Source of the DNA: Eledone cirrhosa
Lineage: Eukaryota
NCBI GenBank assembly: GCA_964016885.1
Contig: OZ024743.1
Coordinates: 169,942,001-170,006,000 of the forward strand
Reading direction: 5' to 3'
Length of the DNA stretch: 64,000 bases
Below, one piece after another: positions 55,810-64,000 of the stretch. Numbering within the stretch: the stretch's first letter is position 1; every line of letters starts with the position of its first letter. Both the position numbers and the translations under genes were made by a program. The notes beneath the pieces were generated by a model, which ran no database searches, was not told the origin of the DNA, and saw only the letters and a list, made by a program, of their open reading frames with translations.

Positions 55810-57627
55810 CTACCCCCCCGGGTCATTATGGGGTTTGAGGGCGAGGTAAGTCCTACGCAATCTATGTTTACATGCAGTAACCAGTTCATCTTTCTTGTTT
55901 AGGAGTTGGTCCGTCGAAAACAGCATTTGTAAAGTTTCCTCCGAGCATAAATTGCACGGACGGCGTCCTCCCGTGTAAGAATTGGCTCTGGACAGTAATC
56001 TCCAAGTGAGATCATAGGTGATGTTGTTGTCCTTGAGGTCCCATATGTGGCCCGAAAGTGTAGTGGCGTGACGCCGGGCCGGGTTTCGGAAGGTATGTCT
56101 ATGTTGGTATAGCCGGGTCTTGAAGTCACATGCGGTAAGTCCTATATAGGCTTTGTTGGAGGTATCCGTCCTCACGTTGCACTGGTAGATCACATTACGG
56201 TCTCTGCATCTATTGTCGAGTGGGCAAATAGATCTATCCGGGCAGTTACACCTCCTGGTCGGTTCTCCACTGCTATTTCGGTTATTTCTGCCATCGGGGT
56301 TGAGTTTTTTGTTGTTAGAGGAGACGATGTTTTGTGCGAAGTTTGGTGTAGTGCTGTAAGAGAGTTTGATGGTATTTTTGTTAATTATGTTGTGGTAGCG
56401 GTGTTGTAATGGGAAGTGTTTTTCAATGAGCCTAAAGAATAGTTTCCCGATGGGAGTAGTCACCTCTGCGTTGTGGGGAGGATTGAACCATGTTACATTG
56501 CGTGAGCGGCGGTGTCTCCTGTTGGTTCCGCTAATGGGAGCTGGACAGTAGGATATTTCCTCCCGGAAACCACTCCGCTTGAGGGCCTGGTTGTAATAAG
56601 GCGCATGTTCATCGAATATCCGCTCATTAGCTGACAAACGGGATATGCGGAGGGAGATGTTTTTGACCAGGTTGTTTGTGATGTTCCTAGGATGGTTTGA
56701 TCGGCGGTGGATGTAGTGCAGATTGTCATTAGGTTTCCTGTATGGGTAGTACAGGTCGTTTTCGAGGTCGAGGGTCACGTCCAGGAAGTTTACTCGGGTC
56801 AGGGACGTTTGTAGGGTTATTTTAAATCCCCAGTCGCGGAAGAATCTGATTAATTGTTTCCGGACCCGATCTGTACTACTGGGGTTGTACCCTTTAAGGG
56901 TAAGGAGCCCATCATCACGGTACAATCCACCACCGAATGCAGGAAACATATCAGTGAGTTTGGCTATTAGGAATAATCCTATAAGATCAGTGACCTCCGC
57001 CGAATCCGTGGCGCCCATGCTGACGTCGAAGGGTGAGTCGGGAGCTCTTTTTATCCATTTAGAGTCGTCAAAGAGTAAGACTGTCTTCCTGGCGTGGAGG
57101 ATGATTTTTCTTTCCTGGTCGGTGATGGGCACGAGTGTTTCGGCGAAGTCCAAGGCGGCAGTAAGTAGCGGTAAGGTGATTGAAGCATAGTAGCTCTCTA
57201 TGTCGAACTGTATGAATTTAGTTTCTCGTTTATCCTCCATATTGCTGAACCAGGAGATTACTTCCTGGGTGTTGATCCATAGGCTAAGTCGGGTGTGTTG
57301 CTTGACTTTTGGTATCACGCGGTCTAGGATTTTTTTGCTGATTCTCCCTATGTCGGACTTCGTTGGGTTAATAAGCCTGATAGAGGGTTTACGGTCAAAA
57401 TCGGATTTATGGTCCTTCAGTGTGAAGTATGGTGTCCGTGGGTCTAGAGGTTCCGTGCGGTCGGCGACCCCGAGGCTGGAGGTGATTTGTTGTCCATCTC
57501 GATTTATGTCCTCGATGCAAGAGTGGTTGGCCTTTTTATAGGTGGAGTTTAGGCTGCTCCTGATCAGTGTGTGGTATCTGTCAGGGTTGACAAAGTATAG
57601 GTTCCCAGTTTTATCCGAATGCACCAT
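55810..57627 (-). CDS. PLE reverse transcriptase + GIY-YIG endonuclease (605 aa, N-terminus missing)
   Basis: SDKTGNLY; QFDIESYY; FDVSMGATDSAEV; GLYRDDGL; CNCPDRSICPL; NVIY..YIGLTACDFKTRLYQH; CNLC. Confidence 0.88.
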   Translation of the reverse strand: MVHSDKTGNLYFVNPDRYHTLIRSSLNSTYKKANHSCIEDINRDGQQITSSLGVADRTEPLDPRTPYFTLKDHKSDFDRKPSIRLINPTKSDIGRISKKILDRVIPKVKQHTRLSLWINTQEVISWFSNMEDKRETKFIQFDIESYYASITLPLLTAALDFAETLVPITDQERKIILHARKTVLLFDDSKWIKRAPDSPFDVSMGATDSAEVTDLIGLFLIAKLTDMFPAFGGGLYRDDGLLTLKGYNPSSTDRVRKQLIRFFRDWGFKITLQTSLTRVNFLDVTLDLENDLYYPYRKPNDNLHYIHRRSNHPRNITNNLVKNISLRISRLSANERIFDEHAPYYNQALKRSGFREEISYCPAPISGTNRRHRRSRNVTWFNPPHNAEVTTPIGKLFFRLIEKHFPLQHRYHNIINKNTIKLSYSTTPNFAQNIVSSNNKKLNPDGRNNRNSSGEPTRRCNCPDRSICPLDNRCRDRNVIYQCNVRTDTSNKAYIGLTACDFKTRLYQHRHTFRNPARRHATTLSGHIWDLKDNNITYDLTWRLLSRANSYTGGRRPCNLCSEETLQMLFSTDQLLNKKDELVTACKHRLRRTYLALKPHNDPGG

Positions 57628-57742
57628 GATGTCATTTGTGTTATCATACTCTGTTAAGTTGCTACGGAGTTTTTGTAGGAATCGGTTGTGATATATATAT
57701 ATATATATACGTTATTCCGGGTTGAATCGGAGGTAACCACAG

Positions 57743-57750
57743 ATATATAT

Positions 57751-57787
<37 letters not shown>

Positions 57788-57792
57788 TTATG

Positions 57793-57841
<49 letters not shown>

Positions 57842-57850
57842 GTATATATG

Positions 57851-57903
<53 letters not shown>

Positions 57904-57928
57904 GTATATATATATATATATGTATATA

Positions 57929-57969
<41 letters not shown>

Positions 57970-57988
57970 GTATATATATATATATATC

Positions 57989-58023
<35 letters not shown>

Positions 58024-58025
58024 GT

Positions 58026-58102
<77 letters not shown>

Positions 58103-58129
58103 GTATATATATATATATGTATATATATA
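57743..58129. repeat. (TA)n microsatellite
   Basis: Visible directly. Confidence 0.97.
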
Positions 58130-58487
58130 TCATCATCATCATCAACGTTTAACGTCTGTGTTCCACGCTTGCATGGGTTTGGACGGGGGTTTTCCTACTT
58201 GAGGCAAGAGTGATTATCTTACTCGCATAGGACTATCTGGCGGGTTTTCTACAGCTGGATGCCCTTCCTAAAATCAACCACATTTACAGTGTGGGGCTGG
58301 GAGGTTTTTACCGTGTTGCCTACACGGCCACATTACAGCGTGAACTGTGTTTTTTGACGTGACACTACACGATCTCATTTGTTTCGGCACCAACATAAAC
58401 TTTACATTGAAAGGGGCGGTGTGGATGGGGTGGGGGGTGGGACGGGGGTGTATTTTGTTAGAGATGCCTACTGACTGTAGTAGGTTT
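58130..58487 (-). mobile_element. RTE 3' UTR fragment
   Basis: Matches 54080-54450. Confidence 0.85.
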
Positions 58488-60928
58488 AGTGATGTGGGGT
58501 TGCATTGCCTGGATGTAGTTTGGCAAGGCAACCCCACATCACTAACACAAGAGAGGTAACACCACAGGAGCATGAGGATAGAGAAAAAGCCCTCAATGCC
58601 CATATGGTGATGTGGACGAATATAATGAAGCCCAACAAAAGGACTGCCAACAACTTCCAGGCCTGGAACAATGACGTGCCGGCGTTGTATGGGCTTCGAA
58701 AAGACCATAAAACGGGCTGTGACCCTGTCGCGGGACCACCAACACGGCCAGTCTGTGGAGCTAACATTGCTAGTAACTACAGACTGTCCTACTTCCTCTC
58801 CCTGATCATACGCCCCATCATTGAGATGTCCCCAGATGTATGTGACAGCACGGAGGACCTCCTCAGCAGAATCGGCGTGAGTAACCGATCTGGGGACCTA
58901 ACAAACTGCATAATAGGCAGTATGGATGTTGTGTCCCTGTATCCATATATTGACGTGGATTTTGCTGTGGAGAAATGCGTAGAAATGATCAGCGAGAGCA
59001 AGGTTGAGTTCCGTGGGATTGATACCAGTGAGCTGGGACTTCTACTTAAGCTTACCCATAGTAATAATTACCTAGACACTTATGACCTTAGCAACCTGTG
59101 CCCTACAAGACCAGCAAGAGGCAGACCACCTACCATTACCTCAATGGCCAAGAAAACCCACACAGATAGATGGAACGGGTGGACCAGAGCCACACGGACA
59201 CCCGAAAACCACGATGAATTGAAGAAAATGATTGCACATGCGGTAGGGGCCAGCATAAAATTAACCCTTAAGGAACATATGTTCAAATTTAATGGAAAAA
59301 CATATGCCCAAGAGGAAGGAGCAGCCATTGGTGTTAGCATTGCAGGCGACATAGCTAACTTATTCATGGTATGGTGGGACAGTAGACTTAAAATTAAACT
59401 TAAAGAACAATTAGAAGACAGCTTAACCCTGATAATGTACTCCCGCTACGTAGATGATATAAACATCGTAGTTAAGACACCCCCACTATAGAACAGTCAG
59501 GAACTAGAGAAAAACACAATGGAAAGCATCCAGCAAATAGCAAACTCCATCCACCAGAGCATTAGAGTTACTATAGACTACCCAAGTAGACACCCCAACC
59601 ATCGATTACCTGTACTAGACACAGAGCTCTGGTTAGATACCATTAACAACCAAAAACAAATCCTCCATTCCCATTATGCCAAACCCATGACTTCCAAACA
59701 TATGATCCACCGAAACTCGGCCATTTCGGACCATACCAAAATCAACATACTGATTGCGGATTTGGTACGGGTGATGAGAAATGTGTCCCGCATGTGCAAC
59801 CCCGAAGAACTAGAGAGACACATACAACACTTCATCCACCGTATGCAGTTCTCTGGCTACAATCAGAGAGATAGAATCAGAGTGTATAGAGGAGCCAGAA
59901 CCAAATGGGAAAAAATGGTAAATAATGACATAAATGGGACCTGCCCCTTGTATAGGAGCAAATTTTGGAATAGAATAGAAAGAACTAGGAACAAGGCCAA
60001 TAGAATAAACTCATGGTATGATAGCAATAAATACCAGAGTGTAATGTTCATCAATACAACCCCTAGAGGCGAACTAGCCTACAAATTTAGAAGGGCCCTA
60101 AATAAACATAAACTCATTATTAAGATAGTAGAAAGACCAGGTACCTCCGTAAAAACACTTATTAGGAAGACATACCCGTTCCAAAGACCCTCATGTATAG
60201 ATAAGAAATGTATAACCTGTAAAATAAGCCCCCATATTAACTGTAAAACTAGAAATGTAGTGTATAGCATAAGATGTACTGAAGGACAATGTAGAAACAA
60301 AAATATAGTGTACATAGGTGAGACAGCTCGTAGTATAGGGGAACGGATAAATGAACACTGGCGAGACCTTCAAGATAATAAAGAATCATCTGTACTCTAC
60401 CAACATGCTAAGATAGAACACAAGGGTAAATTAGAGAACATAGAAATAAAAATAGAATCCACACACAGAAAAGATGCAATGTTTAGGCAAATTACAGAGG
60501 CAGTAAGCATAAAAGAATTACAACCAAAATTAAATAGAAAATATGAGTGGAACAGCAACATCACAACTTACAATTAAGGACAAAATGAAAACACACACAC
60601 ACATAGAACAAACAACCAACCAACAACATGTAAATAAATAAACAAATAGATAAATGAACACAAACACACAGAGACACCCGGATGTGGCGCATGCGCAAAC
60701 TGAGCACTCAACACACACACAGAAACAAAATGGCGTAGGACAGAAGAAAGGAAAGGCACAGAAACAAAGAAAGGAACCCCCAGTCACTGAGGAGGTCACA
60801 GAGTGTGTGACGAAAGGACTATGACTATATATAAACAACTATCTGGTTGTGGAACCAACCAACCAGAAATTTATAAGTTTGTAGATTTGTAAATTTATAA
60901 ATATATAATAAATTGAAGTGAAAGCACT
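58487..60928 (+). mobile_element. PLE (fingers-insertion family): RT + GIY-YIG with one in-frame TAG (59489-59491) and pLTR
   Basis: LYGLRKDHK; GSMDVVSLYP; EGAAIGVSIAGDIANLFM; YSRYVDD; CIDKKCITC..CKTRNVVYSIRC..YIGETARSIGERINEH; ORFs 58505 and 59519 share a frame. Confidence 0.9.
60782..60826 (+). ncRNA. Minimal hammerhead ribozyme
   Basis: AGUCA CUGAGGA G GUCACA-GAGUG-UGUGAC GAAA G-GA-C UA UGACU. Confidence 0.8.
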
Positions 60929-61311
60929 GAAAGTGGATATTATTGGATTATCGACAAGGAAGAATAATATCAAGCGATCCATGTTTACACTTCGAGTCAA
61001 AATCTTAAACTGGCCCTTACCACGTGTTGATATTACACATCACAGCGGCTTCGTTTCAGTGGCGTGGATAGGTATTCGACAACTAGAAATAGCAGTCAAT
61101 TCCCTTCAACAGAGTTAGCTCTACAATTAAGGAGCAGTATTTATATATCTATTTCTAGTTGTCGAATACCTATTCACGCCACTGAAACGAAGCCGCTGTG
61201 ATGTGTAATATCAACACGTGGTAACGGCGAGTTTAAGATTTTGACTCGAAGTGTAAACATGGATCGCTTGATATTATTCTTCCTTGTCGATAATTCAATA
61301 ATATCCACTTT
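60929..61311. repeat. ~164-bp inverted repeat with ~56-bp spacer
   Basis: 60929-61092 is the reverse complement of 61149-61311. Confidence 0.9.
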
Positions 61312-61651
61312 CCGTGACTTACCATCTGATTAATTGGTGAAATATATTTCTTTAATGAAATATATACAGGGAAGATTAATCATTAAAAGGTATATATTTT
61401 TGAAGTTCTAGTTAACTTTATTTATTTGTTACCTACTAGCCATGCGTGGTTACACGCTTGTAAAAATTATCTCCTGTGATTTTTCATGTTTATATTTATT
61501 TATATATATGTTGATCAATTCCTAGTTATTATAAAATGCTCGTACCTACAAAGTCCTAGAGCTTATTTTCCGGGCGATATGGCGCATTCCGTTAAGGAAT
61601 GACACCCACAATTTCGATTCTGATTGAATTCTTTTAATCTATCTTAATTTT

Positions 61652-61724
<73 letters not shown>

Positions 61725-61727
<3 letters not shown>

Positions 61728-62577
61728 GGTCCATGTCAGTCAAAAATTTTTCCTGAGTTCAGTTTTTTTTCGTTGCTATGGCAATGCGGCCCGACTATCG
61801 GTCGCTGTATTTGATTTGCAAAACTGTCTAAACGTAATGTTATAACTCTGGGGTAATATACTCCATTGAGTGCTTAGCTGCACACGGAATTTGCATTCAT
61901 TAACTTGACTGCTGCCATTCATTAACGTTGATGCTGTACTAAAATTTGTATTATTAACTCCTAGAATTAACGATTAACTGATTAATTTAATTAGACAATT
62001 CTATTGATTGATTAATTATTTATGTTTGTTTGATAACTTCTAGTTGAGTGCTTAATTCGGTTTGTCTAAAGGAATTTTATTCCTTTGTCCCAAATTTTGA
62101 ATTGACCGCCAAAACCTCCCTTTGGGAAAACCAAATGTCTCTAGCGAAGTTAACTGCTAGAAAATACACCCGTTGAGGAATAGAACGAAAAACTTGTTGA
62201 CGAAGTAAACTCCTTTGTTCTGTCGTCAAAAGCCATTAACTTGCAAGTGGAATTTGTAGATCTCGGATTTACAGAAACCTAGCGGAGATGTTGTATGTTA
62301 TATGTGATGTATATTGTATGCTATACGTTATGTGTTGTATTTGATGTCTACGTGACGGTCCAGGTCAGTCAAACATTTTTCCTGAGTTCAGTTTTTTTCG
62401 TCACTATGGCAATGCGGCCCGACTATCGGTCGCTGTATTTGATTTGCAAAGCTGTCTAAACGTAATATTATAACTGTGGGGTAATATTCTCCATCGAGTG
62501 CTTAGCTGCACACCGAATCTGCATTCATTAGCTTGGCTGCTGCCAAAAGCTTCGTTGATGCTGTACTAACATTTGTA
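61725..62577. repeat. Non-coding element with ~225-bp direct terminal repeats (~630-bp period) between TA tracts
   Basis: 61725-61950 matches 62355-62577. Confidence 0.75.
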
Positions 62578-62640
62578 TATATATATATATATATATATAT
62601 TTCGTTTCTGAATTGGCAACATGACCCTCCCAAAGTATAA

Positions 62641-62702
<62 letters not shown>

Positions 62703-62838
62703 GTATTTATTTTTACCCCCTAACCTTATGTTATGCATCAGTGTGTATATTTTTCCCGTTATTTTATTTTATTTCAGCCTCGCTTTCAATTGTAATAGCC
62801 TTTGTTTTTATTTTCATATCTTACGTCCATATTAAATT

Positions 62839-62909
62839 TTCATTCTGATGAGCGTTTTCAGACGTCTCTGTTGAACTCGCCTGTCTTCATGAAACCTTTG
62901 GTAAATGGA
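62839..62909 (+). ncRNA. HHR-like motif
   Basis: UUCAUU CUGAUGA ...39 nt... GAAA CC-UUU-GG UA AAUGGA; stem II closure imperfect. Confidence 0.55.
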
Positions 62910-62941
62910 ATAATTGTCTTATGTTGTTTATTACATAATTA

Positions 62942-63052
<111 letters not shown>

Positions 63053-63374
63053 ATATATAACAGTGTTGTAGTTTGCTTGAAACTTTGTTGAATAGGAAAT
63101 ATAAATTTAAATAATTTTAAAAGCCATACAATGTATCAGAAAATTAAAGGTGCCAGATAATAATAGAATTTTACCTTAGCAAATTTAATTATCCCAAATA
63201 TTTTAGCAGCAGCAGTGGTCATGGTGGGGCCAGCTGTGATCGCATTGGTAGGAAAACCTTGGGTGGTAGAAATATTGATGATAATGGATATACTAATGTC
63301 ATAGTGGAATTATTGATGATGGTGGCTTTCATTACAGATGGTTAACACTTATTTGTAGACTCATTTACATATCA

Positions 63375-64000
63375 TGATCATCATCGCCGTCGTTATTTTT
63401 ACGTCAATTTTTCTATGTTAGCATGGGTTAGACAGGTTGTCCTATTGTGCGCAATGCCAGGTCAGGTGACCATGTCTTGCGAATACAGAACTGATTTTGG
63501 CACGGTTTCTACAGCTGGATACCCTTCCTAACACCAACCTCATTTACAGTGAGTACTGGGTGCTTTTTTTGTTGTGTCACCAACATAACCACGTTACTGT
63601 GTGGACTGGGTGCTTTTGTCGTGACATCTACACGACCACTTTACAGTGTGGGCTGGGGGCTTCACTAGATGCATACTTCATACTACCCTCGTGGGAAATG
63701 TATAGAGGAGTGGAGTGGTGCATACAGTATATATGCTTAAACTTCAGCCTGTGCCTGTGGGGAGTCGGGTCTTATGTATCACTGCATAACACCAGAGATC
63801 TTGGCCCTGTGTCATCGCCTTTGAGAGATGTAACTGAGCAATGTCAGCTTTCATCACCTCATCCCAAGTCTTCACGGGTCTCCTCACTCCAAGGCTCCCA
63901 CCGATTTTGAATGTTCTGCACCTTTTTATGCAGCTGTCATCCTTCATATTAATCACATGTCCACACCAATGCAATCTCTTTGCCTGCACGACCACATAAC
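63375..64000 (-). mobile_element. RTE LINE 3' fragment
   Basis: KRLHWCGHVINMKDDSCIKRC..RPVKTWDEV plus the shared 3' UTR. Confidence 0.85.

Larger units (their letters stand above)
54609..57690 (-). mobile_element. Hydra-like PLE, 5'-truncated by (TA)n, with 3' pLTR
   Basis: Uninterrupted ORF plus ~1.2-kb 3' region ending in an HHR next to (TA)n. Confidence 0.9.

Noticed and set aside
59489-59491. Programmed readthrough or selenocysteine in the PLE ORFs
   Set aside because: The stops here and at 25211 are TAG, not TGA, and the paralogous copies (31620 region; 55810 ORF) are open at the equivalent positions

Overview
Repeat-saturated, AT-rich animal DNA with no recognisable host gene (the SINE/RTE complement suggests a cephalopod-like mollusc; this is inference). 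Long (TA)n tracts separate nested retroelements: at least four distinct Penelope-like element (PLE) families with RT plus C-terminal GIY-YIG, RTE and CR1-group LINE fragments, tRNA-derived SINEs, a Helitron-like element and a MITE-like tandem array. Reading by eye found more than 20 intact or degenerate type I hammerhead ribozyme (HHR) motifs. They lie in PLE pseudo-LTRs and in several non-coding tandem elements with PLE-style inverted ends (retrozyme-like). Highlights: a ~317-bp tandem retrozyme-like array with a U3-A8 variant HHR core that is shared with an autonomous PLE; a PLE family with a fixed U4A core; HHRs with long stem-II inserts; and a C-terminal-endonuclease PLE family with a ~70-aa insertion in the RT fingers. 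Most ORFs in the supplied track (YI-repeat peptides) are microsatellite artefacts. Boundaries are approximate and folds were assigned by eye.
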